In this document: piece by piece, positions 50,165 to 61,800 of the stretch
How the letters are laid out: each line of letters begins with the position of its first letter
How positions within the stretch are numbered: position 1 is the stretch's first letter
NCBI GenBank assembly: GCA_025352825.1
Contig: JANXSG010000017.1
Span: 755 to 64,754, forward strand
From: Chthonomonadaceae bacterium
GTDB lineage: Bacteria; Armatimonadota; Chthonomonadetes; Chthonomonadales; Chthonomonadaceae
Length of the DNA: 64,000 nucleotides
Direction of reading: 5' to 3'
Translations under genes and position numbers: made by a program
Notes under the pieces: generated by a model
Told to the model about the DNA's origin: nothing
The model's database searches: none
The model's input: only the letters and a program-made list of their open reading frames with translations

Positions 50165-51724
50165 TTAATTTGTACCTGCCGAATTTCCTGGCGAACCTTG
50201 AGGCATTACTGGAATTTTCAAAATGTGATTACTGTCGATTAAAAATATATTCCCCAGTGAATCCACAGCTATATCAGTAGGTGATTTGAGTGCACCTTTG
50301 CCAATATCTGTCATCGTTTCGGTTCCAGCTTCGTTGTACTTCTTAATCAATCTATCCTTATCGTTGATGAGATAAATATTGCCGCTGACATCCTGAGTTA
50401 TCTTGGTGTCGGTAGATTTTGAAAGTTTACTAGTTGATTTTTTCTCAGATGGAAATGGAATTCCTCGAAGAAGGCTTATCTGTCCTTTTGAATCTATACG
50501 GAGAGCCTGTCCAGTTTTCCCTACCACTATCAGCCGATCAGTGGCATCTATGAGTATTGGAATCCGCCGGACTTCATCAGGAATAAATGGAACTGCTGCA
50601 CCATATGTGAGTGCTTGATCAGTAGGACGAACACTTCTAAGATTCGGAGGTGAGACTATCGGAACTGCAGGCTTGCGAAACCAGATTACATAAATAAGGG
50701 CAGCAGCTAAGAGAACGACAAGAACTCCGAGAACGGAGGTGAGAATACTAAATTGTGAAGAATCTTTGCCAGACCGCAGCGTGGGTGATGAATCGGAATT
50801 TTGCCATGTATTTTGTTGGGAGGATGGTTGATCAACTTCAGAGTTATCGGGCTTTTCATTAAGAGCCTGCTTCCAGGACTGAGTGGGATCAGTGAGTTCT
50901 TCTTCTTCGTCCTGTTCATTGATGAAAGCGGCAATTTCGACTGGAGTAAAATCACCATATCTCATCACTACTACTGTGATGTTATCTCGGCCGCCATGTT
51001 CCAAGGCGGCATTTACTAACGTGTCGCAGGCAGATTGCACATCAGGAGCCTGTGCTAAAATACGAGCAATAGCATTATCTTTCAATTCAGTAGTGAGTCC
51101 ATCTGAGCAGAGCAGTACTGTATCACCATTCTGCAGCGGATGTGGTTCGACATCTGGCGACATATCAGATCGAATACCAATGGCTTTCGTGATGCTGTTG
51201 CGAAATGGGCTGTTCTGAGCTTCATCCCTCGTCATACGCCCCGCAATCACCTGCTGCCATACTTCGGAGTGATCCTCCGTCATCTGAAGCAGTTTACCTT
51301 CGCGAAGCAGGTAAATACGGCTGTCGCCGACATTGCCTATCGTAAGCACTCCATCGTTTACAATTGCTGCGACACAGGTAGTGCCCATACCTCGCAGTTC
51401 GTTTTTCTCAACCTGTCTCATCCACACACTGCTATTGGCTCGAACAAGACTTTCACGCAATAGTCGGGATGTGTCTATCGATGAGTCTGCGTTTCCATTG
51501 CGGCTATAGAGGTACTCTTGCACCACTTCTGGAACTGTTTGCACCACCAAAGATGAAGCAACCCCACCACCTCGGCCTCCTCCCATGCCATCAGCGACAA
51601 CTAGGAGGCTTTCCAGTTGATTATTCAGCTCTGCACGCGATAACACGGCATAACTGTCCTGATTGCTGCTGCGTTTACGCCCAATATCAGTCTTAAATGC
51701 TACCGTGATACTCAATTCATACAT
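50165..51724 (-). CDS. PP2C Ser/Thr phosphatase with TM and external NHL-like repeats
   Basis: GRKR..NQD, VADGMGG, GTT, NVGDSR, DHS, LCSDGL, GGRDN; PTDIAVDSLGNIFL. Confidence 0.92.
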   Translation of the reverse strand: MYELSITVAFKTDIGRKRSSNQDSYAVLSRAELNNQLESLLVVADGMGGGRGGGVASSLVVQTVPEVVQEYLYSRNGNADSSIDTSRLLRESLVRANSSVWMRQVEKNELRGMGTTCVAAIVNDGVLTIGNVGDSRIYLLREGKLLQMTEDHSEVWQQVIAGRMTRDEAQNSPFRNSITKAIGIRSDMSPDVEPHPLQNGDTVLLCSDGLTTELKDNAIARILAQAPDVQSACDTLVNAALEHGGRDNITVVVMRYGDFTPVEIAAFINEQDEEEELTDPTQSWKQALNEKPDNSEVDQPSSQQNTWQNSDSSPTLRSGKDSSQFSILTSVLGVLVVLLAAALIYVIWFRKPAVPIVSPPNLRSVRPTDQALTYGAAVPFIPDEVRRIPILIDATDRLIVVGKTGQALRIDSKGQISLLRGIPFPSEKKSTSKLSKSTDTKITQDVSGNIYLINDKDRLIKKYNEAGTETMTDIGKGALKSPTDIAVDSLGNIFLIDSNHILKIPVMPQGSPGNSAGTN

Positions 51725-51837
51725 CCCTATCTCGGCTTGTCACGCTTTACCAGCCCAAGCAGAATAATTCCATAAATACAAAACCCAAACAAAACTAAAT
51801 ATTTAACAAGACCGAGCATATTTATCCACGATTCTAT

Positions 51838-53106
51838 CTAAATCCCGCATTCGAATCTAAGTTTGATATCTCCTAAACTGAGCGCATCCCCATCAATCAA
51901 TGGTACCTTATCCCCGGGTGAAATAGGCTTATCATTGACTGCTGTAGTTACGGATCGATCCAGAGATTCGAGGTTGTAACCGCTTCCATCATGTATAATC
52001 CTTGCATGCCGAGTTGCTATCGATCTATCCGGAAGGACGACATCGTTCGTAACACCTCTGCCTATCAAGGTTTCAGATGCTAGCAAAAACGAATCGATAT
52101 CAGTTCCTCCTTCTAGCAGTATGAGTCGCGCATTGCGGGCCTTCAGTACTCTAGACGGAGGCAGAGAACTTCCCATCTCGCCAGTATTTTGAAATTGAGC
52201 GGCAGCGCCACCGAAGGCCCCGCTAGTTTTTAAAGCAGGAGTAATATGATTTTGATCTTCTAAAGACTGTACTCCACTAAGCTGAAACATCAATCGGGTG
52301 ACACCCAGCACAATCTCATCGCCATCGTGCAGAATTCGGTTATCTACTCGGCGGCCGTTTACGCGAGTGCCATTGGTGCTGTCCATGTCGTAAATCGTGA
52401 ACTGCCCGTCTTTATCCATTTCGATACGTGCATGTTTTTTTGAAATCTGGCCATCAGTCTCCACAACGATATCGTTGCCGGATTTGGGTGATCTACCAAT
52501 AGAGATCGCGCCACGAGCGACGGCATAGCGATATGGAGCACGGTTGGGAGCGTATATCATTAGGGCAGCAGAAGCGACAGAAGGCACGGTACCGCCTTCG
52601 TCCTCTTGTGAAGCAAAGGCTGAGAGACCAGCGACAGTGCGTTCTTCAAATGCGACATCATCAAGATTAGCGCTGGATAAGGCCCCTGAAGTGGCAGCTG
52701 CCGGCTCTGCTGTTGTTATTTTTGAGTTGTATCGGCACCGTACTCGCACTTTTTCTTCCGGACGAGGTCGATCTGTTGGCCCAGCCTCTGTCTCTTTGAT
52801 AGTGAAATCGAGAGAGCCACGAATATGATAGTGGTTCTGCTGGCAGTATCGTCTGATAGCGGATTCGAGCTCATCCCGATCTAAAAACGACAGCAGATAC
52901 TCCTTCTCTTCCTCGTCTGCTACTGAAATCTCCAGGATATACTGGTTGGGAACATAGACCCGATTATCAAAACCCTCTTTTCGATTATCTTCAAGAGCGG
53001 CTAGAATTTTTCTCAGGATATCCTTTGGACGAACGTCGTCACTGCCACCAAACAGACCTTCATACCATGTGCCAAACGAGCGGTTAATCTTTTCAAATAG
53101 ATCCAT
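51838..53106 (-). CDS. FhaA-like protein (DUF3662 plus two FHA domains)
   Basis: VPNQY N-domain; IGR..S..HA...STNGT; second IGR...RHA FHA domain. Confidence 0.85.
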   Translation of the reverse strand: MDLFEKINRSFGTWYEGLFGGSDDVRPKDILRKILAALEDNRKEGFDNRVYVPNQYILEISVADEEEKEYLLSFLDRDELESAIRRYCQQNHYHIRGSLDFTIKETEAGPTDRPRPEEKVRVRCRYNSKITTAEPAAATSGALSSANLDDVAFEERTVAGLSAFASQEDEGGTVPSVASAALMIYAPNRAPYRYAVARGAISIGRSPKSGNDIVVETDGQISKKHARIEMDKDGQFTIYDMDSTNGTRVNGRRVDNRILHDGDEIVLGVTRLMFQLSGVQSLEDQNHITPALKTSGAFGGAAAQFQNTGEMGSSLPPSRVLKARNARLILLEGGTDIDSFLLASETLIGRGVTNDVVLPDRSIATRHARIIHDGSGYNLESLDRSVTTAVNDKPISPGDKVPLIDGDALSLGDIKLRFECGI

Positions 53107-53268
53107 ACATAGTCCTTGTGTTCAACGCGGCGATCGTGATCGAATTTTAAGCATCGATTCGCAAATCAGAACGTTACATTATAATCTATGACGGATCACG
53201 ATACAACCAGGTTGCACGAATTGTAAAAGGATGCTCGATAGAGGTTCCCGTCGAATGTGAACATGTCA

Positions 53269-54111
53269 TCAAACATGGGATGCGTTTACATGGTTTCCGA
53301 CGGCAGTACTTTTTGCAGGATGTCGTACGGCTTTTAAACCAATCAGTCCCGCAACTACCATGAAAATGCTGATTATATGAGTGTCCGTCAGGTGCAGCCT
53401 GGGGATCAGATAAGTAGAAGTGGTGCCTGCTCTGAAGATTTCCACCACGAAACGATAGAAACCATACATCGAAATATAGGCATAGAATAGTTCTCCCACT
53501 CGATTCCCTTTTCGCTCCCAGCGAGCAAGCCAAAAGAAGAAAATAACATTAAACAGAGTGGCGTATAGTTGTGTGGGGTGGCTTGGCGGGGTTAATATGG
53601 TTGGCCCAGAGGAATTTTCATCGTGAAAACGAACTGCCCAGGGATAGTTACAGGGGCTTCCGTAGCAGCACCCATTTAGAAAACAGCCTACACGCCCGAT
53701 CGCGTATGCAATTGCCCATGCTGGCGCACATATATCTCCCACCGCAAGAAAAGAGAGTTTTCTTTTGCGGCAAAACCAGATTAAATAGAGTATTCCGGCA
53801 ATCATGCCGCCGTGAAGCGAGAGGCCACCTTCCCATAGTTTCAAGGCATCCATAGGATGCTTTCTGTAGCTTCCCCAATCTAACAGCACAAATAGCAGGC
53901 GTGCACCCAAAATACCAAAAAGCAGCCCGGAGATGCCAAGATCGAAGATTGAGTCAGGATGAATTCGGCGTGAAGAGCCTTCTGGTTCTGTTGCGATTCT
54001 CCTCTCGCATACTTTCCGGGCATACTGTAGGCCCGTCAGGAACCCAATCACCAGGAGAAGCCCATAAGCATGAACTGGAAAACTGCCTATTGTAAAAAGT
54101 GTTGGTCTCAT
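53269..54111 (-). CDS. lgt: prolipoprotein diacylglyceryl transferase
   Basis: YG, GAR, GGLSLHGG, GRVGCFLNGCC, HPTQLY, RF.VE..R. Confidence 0.94.
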   Translation of the reverse strand: MRPTLFTIGSFPVHAYGLLLVIGFLTGLQYARKVCERRIATEPEGSSRRIHPDSIFDLGISGLLFGILGARLLFVLLDWGSYRKHPMDALKLWEGGLSLHGGMIAGILYLIWFCRKRKLSFLAVGDICAPAWAIAYAIGRVGCFLNGCCYGSPCNYPWAVRFHDENSSGPTILTPPSHPTQLYATLFNVIFFFWLARWERKGNRVGELFYAYISMYGFYRFVVEIFRAGTTSTYLIPRLHLTDTHIISIFMVVAGLIGLKAVRHPAKSTAVGNHVNASHV

Positions 54112-54722
54112 GATATAGGAGGCTCTTGTGTATTCGCCGTTGGGTTGGCGGAATGTTCGAGTTGCTTATTTTTTGGGCTAATCAGGAAATGATACATCAA
54201 AAGACAAATTCCGATGGTAATGCATGAATCCGCAATATTAAAAATGGGAAAGTGTATCACTTTGAGATAGAAGAAATCGACCACGAAGCCATGCCTGATT
54301 CTATCTGCCAAATTGCCCAATGCTCCGCCCATGGCAAGCGCAAACGCAGTACCCACATGCAGCTCAATATTCGGAAGGCGATGGTAAGCGACTATCAGTG
54401 CAATGACAGCAATTACTGCGAAAGAGATAAATAGAGTGTTTCCATGCGGTAGCAGGCCCCATGCCCCTCCTGTATTGCGCGTGAGAGTAAGATTAAATAC
54501 TTCACCGAAGATAGGCCGGCTCTGTTCCCAATAGAGGGTTCGCTGAATCCAGGCTTTGCTTATCTGGTCTGCAGTGAATACCAGGAAAACTAAAGTATAG
54601 AAAACTCCGGGGTGCAGCGAACGGGTTGAGGCAGATGATAATCCCGCATCCGTTATGATTTCACTGTTTGCATTCAAAGTCATGAATCTATTATAGACGG
54701 CGGGCATCACTTTTTCAAACAA
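54108..54722 (-). CDS. lspA: signal peptidase II (true start may be downstream)
   Basis: DQ.SK, NTGGAWG, GGALGNL.DR, VVDF, FNIAD. Confidence 0.94.
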   Translation of the reverse strand: MFEKVMPAVYNRFMTLNANSEIITDAGLSSASTRSLHPGVFYTLVFLVFTADQISKAWIQRTLYWEQSRPIFGEVFNLTLTRNTGGAWGLLPHGNTLFISFAVIAVIALIVAYHRLPNIELHVGTAFALAMGGALGNLADRIRHGFVVDFFYLKVIHFPIFNIADSCITIGICLLMYHFLISPKNKQLEHSANPTANTQEPPIS

Positions 54723-54797
54723 TCCATTCAGGTATTTACAAAACTAACAAAGCCGGGTAGATATTTATAATTATCAAGTGGTAATTGCAATAGTCTC

Positions 54798-54915
54798 AAA
54801 GTAGTTGAAAAACTCGTTCACGCTCTCACCCCCGCCCCCCTCTCCTGTTTTTAGGAGAGGGGGCAGGGGATGAGGGCTGAAATATGCGTGTATATATGAC
54901 TTTTTCAACTACTTT
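54798..54915. mobile_element. 118-bp element with perfect 15-bp TIRs enclosing a family-A palindrome
   Basis: AAAGTAGTTGAAAAA...TTTTTCAACTACTTT. Confidence 0.65.
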
Positions 54916-55078
54916 ATCAAGACCATGAAATTACTGCAAGCCTAATGTTTTTACCGGGCTTGGACATAATTAGTAAACTATCAATTTGTATATGACTAAC
55001 GATATTTCTTGCTTATATACAGGATTATTAATAATTGTGTTACTGTTTTGTGCTGTGAAGATCAGAGGGGGTATCAGA

Positions 55079-57628
55079 ATGGGACGTTCCGTTATAATTG
55101 GCATCTTAGTTTTCGGGATGGTAATGTTTGGAGGCCTAAATTGGAAATACCGAACAGACATAAATTCGGCGCTCACTCACTATAAGCTTGAATCGCATGA
55201 GCAAAGCCTGGCTGTTGAGCACCGTATTGAGAACTCGTTCCAGCAGATGTACCAGGGTCTGCGTACTATGGCCCGCCTTCCCGGTGTTCAATCCATCGAC
55301 CGGTACGCCAAACACTTCGACGGCAATGCCAAAGGAGCAGTACAGGAGATTTACAATAACTTAGGTTCCAATGTAGCTATGTCCGAAGTCTACATCGTTC
55401 CCCTCGACCTCGATGCGGACCAAATAGACCCTGTCACTAAAACCAATCAGGCGCCTATTATCACTTTTGACCATCTCATTATCAATCGTAATGGAGACAG
55501 TAAAGAGGCCGACACCAGCGGCTTGGAACAGACCGAGATATACGAATATCGTTTGATGAAACAGCAGCTGGCTTGGATGCAGCAGAAATTTCCTTCCGAA
55601 AAGAGTGTACATGGCTTAGACTACCCGGCTCTCAGCGGCCCCGAAGTCATCACTTGTGATAACTCCAAATATTCCAAATCCGCCCCCGACGATAAAGACC
55701 GTTCGGGAATAGTCTACTCTGTACCATTTTACGATCTGAGAGGCGGCCTCAAAGGCTGTATCTCCGGAGTTATTCTTACTCACGCATTCCGCGATCTGCT
55801 CCCGAGTGGCAGCTACACACTACGCAGTAAAAAAAATAACTACAGCGCGGTTCCGAATATGGACGGCACCTGGAAAACTTCCAGCAAATGGATTAAAGAC
55901 TTTTCAGCCGATCCCGAACTGCTCTATTCGGAAGTCGTCCCCATCACAATAGTCGATCAGGATGCCGGCTGGGGACTTTGGGTAGGCCTCCCCAACACGG
56001 CTTTCTACTCCCGAGGCGATGTTCGTTCCACTCGACAGTTTGCAATTATTGGCGGTGTGGGGATAACTGCCCTTCTGATTTGCATCTGGGGTGTGCTAAT
56101 GATGAACTCTCGCAGCCGTCTCCTCGAGGAAGCCAATCATGCGAAGCTAATGGACTATCATCACAAAATGTCCGCTATAGCCGAAGAGGTAGCGGAAGGC
56201 AATTTGACTTTAAATGTGATCCCTGAATCAGAAGACGATCTTCTTGGGAAATCGTTTGATAAAATGATCAGCAATCTTCGCCTGCTAATCGGCTCTCTAG
56301 CTTCCAGTGCGGAAGCCACTGCTGCTTCGAGTGAGGAGCTGGTAGCATCCTGCCAGGTTGCAGGTGAATCCGCTGCACACATCACCGAGACAATACAAGA
56401 TGTGGCGCTTTCTGCAAATCAATCGGCGCAGACCAGTCAGGAGATAGCTCAAGGCAGCGAACAGCAGGCGCAGTCGGCAACGCTGGCATCCGAAGCAATG
56501 GAGCGTCTGCAGGCAGCCATCATCCAGGTACAAGCAGGGAACCAGCAGCAGCGAGAAGCTGCAAACGGGGTGGCTTCAGAGATGCAGCAGACCACCAAGT
56601 GCTTTCAATCGATGGCGAGCTCTGCTTGGCAGATGAAGTCTGCGGCAGAAGCAGCAACCACGGCAGCAAAAGAGGGTGATGGTACGGTAGAGAAGACGAT
56701 CACGAGCATGAGCCGTATTCAGGAGCAAGTTTCCGCATCCGCGAATAAGGTGATGGAGCTTGGGCAGAAGGGTCAGGAGATTGGTGCAATTGTTGAAACA
56801 ATCAATCAGATAGCGGAACAGACGAATTTATTGGCGCTGAATGCAGCCATCGAAGCAGCCAGAGCTGGAGAGCATGGCAAGGGATTCTCTGTAGTGGCAG
56901 ATGAAGTTCGCAAGCTCGCAGAGCGCTCTGTGTCGGCAACCAAGGAGATCGAGGCTCTGATAAATGGAGTACGTTCGGGAGTAGATGAGGCTGTTCATGC
57001 CATGGATGCGAGCCTTAAAGAGGTGAAATCGGGGGCAGCTCTTGCCGAGGAAGCGGGGACAGCTTTGGCACAGATACAAGAAGCGTCCCAGTCTGTTCTG
57101 AAAGGTGTGGAGGGTGTGCTCACCGTGACCGAAGAGATGGAGTTCTCTGTACAGAGAGTGCTGAAGGCTCTAGATGGGGTGAAAGAGCAGTCTGAGGAGA
57201 ACGAAACCACAATGTCGGCGATGACCAAGGTATCGGGACAGGTATCTAGCGCTATCACTATGGTAGCGGCGGTGAGTGAGGAGACCGCAGCCGGTGCGCA
57301 GGAGATGAGCGCAGCAGCTGCGGAAGTATCCTTGGGCTCTAAGACAGTGACGGAAATTGTGAGAGAGCAGACACAGCGTATACATGCTCTGAGTGAATCG
57401 GTGCAAGAATTGAGCGATGCGAGTATTCTGACGAAAGAACTTTTAGGAAAATTCAATCGCTTCGACTGGGATCGCCGCAAAGATGAGATTGGAAATGAAA
57501 GTCGGATGGATGATCTGCGCACACAGTCACTTTACGAAGCTGCCAGTAAAAAACTGCTAGGAAAAGAAGCGCCTGTAACCTTGTCGTTGGAAAAGATAAA
57601 AATTAAAAAAGAGCGCAAAGCAGCTTAA
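55079..57628 (+). CDS. methyl-accepting chemotaxis protein
   Basis: Two TMs around a Cache-like sensor, [44 protein letters not shown] 55079 with GAGGGG SD. Confidence 0.95.
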   Translation: MGRSVIIGILVFGMVMFGGLNWKYRTDINSALTHYKLESHEQSLAVEHRIENSFQQMYQGLRTMARLPGVQSIDRYAKHFDGNAKGAVQEIYNNLGSNVAMSEVYIVPLDLDADQIDPVTKTNQAPIITFDHLIINRNGDSKEADTSGLEQTEIYEYRLMKQQLAWMQQKFPSEKSVHGLDYPALSGPEVITCDNSKYSKSAPDDKDRSGIVYSVPFYDLRGGLKGCISGVILTHAFRDLLPSGSYTLRSKKNNYSAVPNMDGTWKTSSKWIKDFSADPELLYSEVVPITIVDQDAGWGLWVGLPNTAFYSRGDVRSTRQFAIIGGVGITALLICIWGVLMMNSRSRLLEEANHAKLMDYHHKMSAIAEEVAEGNLTLNVIPESEDDLLGKSFDKMISNLRLLIGSLASSAEATAASSEELVASCQVAGESAAHITETIQDVALSANQSAQTSQEIAQGSEQQAQSATLASEAMERLQAAIIQVQAGNQQQREAANGVASEMQQTTKCFQSMASSAWQMKSAAEAATTAAKEGDGTVEKTITSMSRIQEQVSASANKVMELGQKGQEIGAIVETINQIAEQTNLLALNAAIEAARAGEHGKGFSVVADEVRKLAERSVSATKEIEALINGVRSGVDEAVHAMDASLKEVKSGAALAEEAGTALAQIQEASQSVLKGVEGVLTVTEEMEFSVQRVLKALDGVKEQSEENETTMSAMTKVSGQVSSAITMVAAVSEETAAGAQEMSAAAAEVSLGSKTVTEIVREQTQRIHALSESVQELSDASILTKELLGKFNRFDWDRRKDEIGNESRMDDLRTQSLYEAASKKLLGKEAPVTLSLEKIKIKKERKAA

Positions 57629-57647
57629 TATTGTTTCACATTGAACG

Positions 57648-57690
57648 CCCCTGTGACTGATGACACTTCATCAGACACAGGGGTTTTTTC
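57648..57690 (+). terminator. intrinsic terminator of the MCP gene
   Basis: CCCCTGTG/CACAGGGG with inner CTGATGA/TCATCAG, followed by T6. Confidence 0.85.
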
Positions 57691-57798
57691 TTAAGTTTAT
57701 GCAGAAAAGTGTTGGAAAAGTACAGCCATTAATCCAATAACACTTTAACTTCGCGGGTACAATGTATTGGCAGAGATTCATTCAGGGAGACGAGATAA

Positions 57799-58725
57799 TT
57801 GATCGAGAAACACAGATGGAAAGTAAGCCTGCATGGCGGGCATAGTGGTGAGTTTTGTGATCATGCCGAGACCACTCTTTGTGAGATGCTGGAAGCGGCA
57901 GTTCTGGCTGGCTATCACACATTTGGAGTGAGTGAGCATATCCCGCGCCCTGAAGCGAAATTTCTGTATCGCAATGAGCTGGAAAGAGGCTGGGATGTAG
58001 CTAAGATCGAGCGTGATTTTGATGCCTACACTCTGGCGCTGACTGAACTTGCGGATAGCTTTGCAGACCGTCTGATAGTTCTGCGTGGCTTTGAGGCGGA
58101 AGTCGTTCCAACGGCATCATACCCGGATAGATGCGCAAAGTTTCGTGGTCGTACACAAGCCGATGGACGCCCGGCTTTCGACTATTTCGTGGGGTCGGTG
58201 CACTATGTAAATGAGACGCAGATTGATGGAACTGCCGAAGAGTGCAAGCGTGCGCTGGAGGAATGGGGTGATCTGGAATCGCTTGCGGTAAAATACTATG
58301 ATACGGTGGCGGAAATGGCGCAGGCGCTGAATCCGGACGTGGTGGGTCATCTTGATCTTATTAAAAAAACGGCCAAATCTCTTGGCCTGCAGTCAGTTCC
58401 GCTGGATACACCCGTTATCGCAGCAGCAGTGGATAGAGCGTTAGAATCGGTGCGCTCAGTCGGGGCTATTCTTGATCTTAATACAGCAGGATGGCGAAAA
58501 GGGCTTGGAGAGCCGTATCCTGCGCCATGGCTTATTAAGCGAGCATCTGCAATGGGAGTTCCTTTCTGCTTTGGTGACGATAGCCATCGCCCTTCGGATG
58601 TAGGCTCAGGTATTACTGATGCACGAGACTACCTATTGCAGAACGGTGTGAAGAGTGTTACCGTGCTTACTCGTGAAGTTGACTGTGAACGTGGCAACCT
58701 GGTGAAACAAGTGATCTCGTTATAA
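57799..58725 (+). CDS. PHP-family histidinol-phosphatase (HisJ/HisK type)
   Basis: H..HS.EFCDHA, SEH, GFEAE, VGSVH, GHLDL, PYP, GDDSH. Confidence 0.85.
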   Translation: MIEKHRWKVSLHGGHSGEFCDHAETTLCEMLEAAVLAGYHTFGVSEHIPRPEAKFLYRNELERGWDVAKIERDFDAYTLALTELADSFADRLIVLRGFEAEVVPTASYPDRCAKFRGRTQADGRPAFDYFVGSVHYVNETQIDGTAEECKRALEEWGDLESLAVKYYDTVAEMAQALNPDVVGHLDLIKKTAKSLGLQSVPLDTPVIAAAVDRALESVRSVGAILDLNTAGWRKGLGEPYPAPWLIKRASAMGVPFCFGDDSHRPSDVGSGITDARDYLLQNGVKSVTVLTREVDCERGNLVKQVISL

Positions 58726-58884
58726 GATGTGAAGATACCTTCTGGTTGATCTAAAAATTTCTACCCTTCAAAAAAAACATGTTCCTTTCCTGATTTTCAC
58801 TTTACGACTGAGTAGGAAAGAATGGTCACAGCAAAAATGATTGGTGCGTGAAATCATTCATTTTTATAGGGAAGTCCCACCCGC

Positions 58885-61800
58885 ATGTCGCATTCCCCAC
58901 AAAATAAAGATGTATCACTTTCGCCTGGACTCTATGAATCATTGGTCGATGGCACACTCAAGAAACGGATATCTCAGCTACCAAATGCATTCGAAACTAT
59001 TTGCAAAGAACTAGATCCAGCAAATAGTCATATCGTGCTTTCAAGACATGTCGCGGATATATTATCGCAAGAACTTTCTGAGCAAAGTGGAGAGAGCAAA
59101 GTGCAAGCTCAGACGGAGATTTGCAATCTCATGATTGAATTTCTCCAGGATAAGAGTAAGGGGATTTCGAAATCATTTTTCGAAGTTGAATTGCCTGCGG
59201 AACAGCTTCTCGCAGTAGTCAGCACAGAAAACGATTCTGCAATTTCAACCCGGAGTAAAAAACACGTACTGCGACCAGAAACTCCATTGTCAACCAGCTG
59301 TCTGCTCACAGGAACTCGCATTGACCCCAGCCTCGCTTCACAAATCCGAAAAGAGATAGATACTTCCGATGAAATTGATATTCTATGCTCCTTTATAAAA
59401 TGGAGTGGGATTCGGGTTCTTGAGGAAGAGCTGCGAACGTTTACATCTCGTAAAAATGTCCGCCTCCGTGTGATCACCACATCTTACATGGGGGCAACAG
59501 ACCCGAAAGCCATAGAATTTCTTCAAAATCTCCCTAACACTGAGATTCGAATATCGTACGATACTAAACGTACTCGTTTACATGCGAAAGCATACCTATT
59601 TCATAGGCATAGTGGATTCGGAGCGGCATACGTTGGCTCTGCGAATCTTAGTCATTTCGCTATCACAGATGGGCTTGAGTGGAATGTAAAGATTAGTCAG
59701 ACCGAGACACTCCACCTGTGGCAAAAGGCGGTAGGTACATTTGAAACCTACTGGAATGATCCGGAGTTCATCAGTTATTCATCATCGGACTTCGATCGAT
59801 TCTCTGCCGCTATCAAAACCGAAAAGAATCTGGGAAGTGATTCTCCGGCGACTTTCCAGTTCGATATAACGCCTTACGGTTATCAACAGGAGATACTAGA
59901 TAAACTTGAAACTGAACGAGAGGTACATAACTACTGGCGAAATCTTGTTGTAGCTGCTACAGGTACGGGTAAAACTGTAATTGCAGCCTTGGACTATAGA
60001 AGAGAGTGCGAAAGAAGATCAAAGCAGAAAAAAGTTACTCGACCCCGACTACTATTCATAGCACATCGAGAAGAGATTCTCAAACAGAGTTTAGCTTGTT
60101 TTCGTGCAGTACTAAAAGATCAGAACTTTGGTGATCTGTTTGTAGGAATAAATGTGCCATCACAACTTGACTTTCTTTTTGTGTCTATTCAAACATGGAA
60201 CAGCAGAAATCTAACAAATCAATTTGAAGAAGATTACTTCGATTACGTCGTGGTTGATGAGTTCCACCATGCGGAAGCTCCCAGTTATGATATGCTATTA
60301 AAATATCTTCAGCCCCGAATACTTCTCGGATTGACTGCCACACCAGAACGTGCAGATGGCATGGATATTCTGCATCACTTTGGCGGTCGAATTTGTGCGG
60401 AAATTCGGCTTCCTGATGCCATAAACCGTAAACTTCTATCGCCTTTTCAGTATTTTGGTATTTCAGATTCAGTAGATTTGAGCGCGCTTAAGTGGCAGAG
60501 GGGAGGATACATTCCCGCGGAATTGGAGGAACGGTACACGGGGAACGATTCCCGTGCAGACCTGATAGTTCGATCCGTAATGGAAAAATTAACAGATTAC
60601 CGAAAAAGCCGTGGACTGGGATTCTGTATCAGCGTCAAACATGCGGAATATATGGCCGGATATTTCAGTAAGTGTGGTATACCAGCTATCGCATTAACTG
60701 GAGCAAGTTCACATGAGATAAGAAATGCAGTCCAAAAGAAATTAATCAGCCGCGAGATAAACTATATTTTTACGGTTGATCTTTACAATGAAGGGGTAGA
60801 CATTCCAGAACTGGATACTATCTTATTCCTTCGACCTACCGAAAGCCTGACAATTTTCTTGCAGCAGTTCGGCCGAGGTTTGCGGCTCCACAGTGAAAAA
60901 GAATGCCTTACAGTTCTTGATTTTATAGGTCAAGCTCATCAAAACTTTAATTTTGAGATGCGATTTCGTGCTCTTATGGATGTGCCTCGCCATCGGATTG
61001 ATGAGGAGATTGAGCAGGGATGTCTGCATCTACCTTTAGGTTGTATTATTCGACTTGAACGAATTGCGCAGCAGCATATTTTGAATAATATTCGTTCTGC
61101 AATATCCATCAATAAGAATTCCTTGCTTCGGAGTATCAAATCTTTCGAGTTAGATAGCGGCCAAGAACTTTCACTTAGCAGTTATTTAGACTATCATCAC
61201 ATGGATCTCGATCAGATATATAAAAGATCCAGCTGGGCACAGATGTGCGCTGAAGCAGGTGTTAGGGGGAGTTTTACCGAACCAGATACTGCAGTACTGA
61301 GCAAAGGGTTGCGGCGAATCTCCCACATCAACAGCCTACCCCAGATTAATGCACTACTGCACATGCTTGAAATGTCTGATATTGAAATACTTGATTATTT
61401 AATTTCAAACAAAGATGCGCAAAAACGAATGAACATTGCAGTTTGCTCTCTTTTTTCAGATATGGAAATCACCGAAGCATTGGAAGGGTACTTGCGACTT
61501 TCAAATAATCCAGTTTTGCGAGATGAACTTAATACTTTTCTTGAGATGCGGCGAGCTAATGTAGAGTTCAATTCGAAAAGGGTTTCCTTACCCTTTTCAT
61601 GTGCTTTAGACCTTCATGGCAGTTACACGTTAGATGAAATCCTAGTCGCATTTGGTTACGATTCTGAAAAGAAACGAAGAAGTATCCGACAGGGAGTCGT
61701 TCATCTGCCGGATTTGAAAGCGGATGCTTTCTTTGTGACACTGAATAAATCTGAGGATGCCTATTCACCAACTACGATGTATGAGGACTATGCTTTGAGT

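Noticed and set aside
15273..57522. long antisense ORFs (15273..15959, 22170..22709, 45421..46005, 56995..57522)
   Set aside because: Shadows of well-supported genes on the opposite strand
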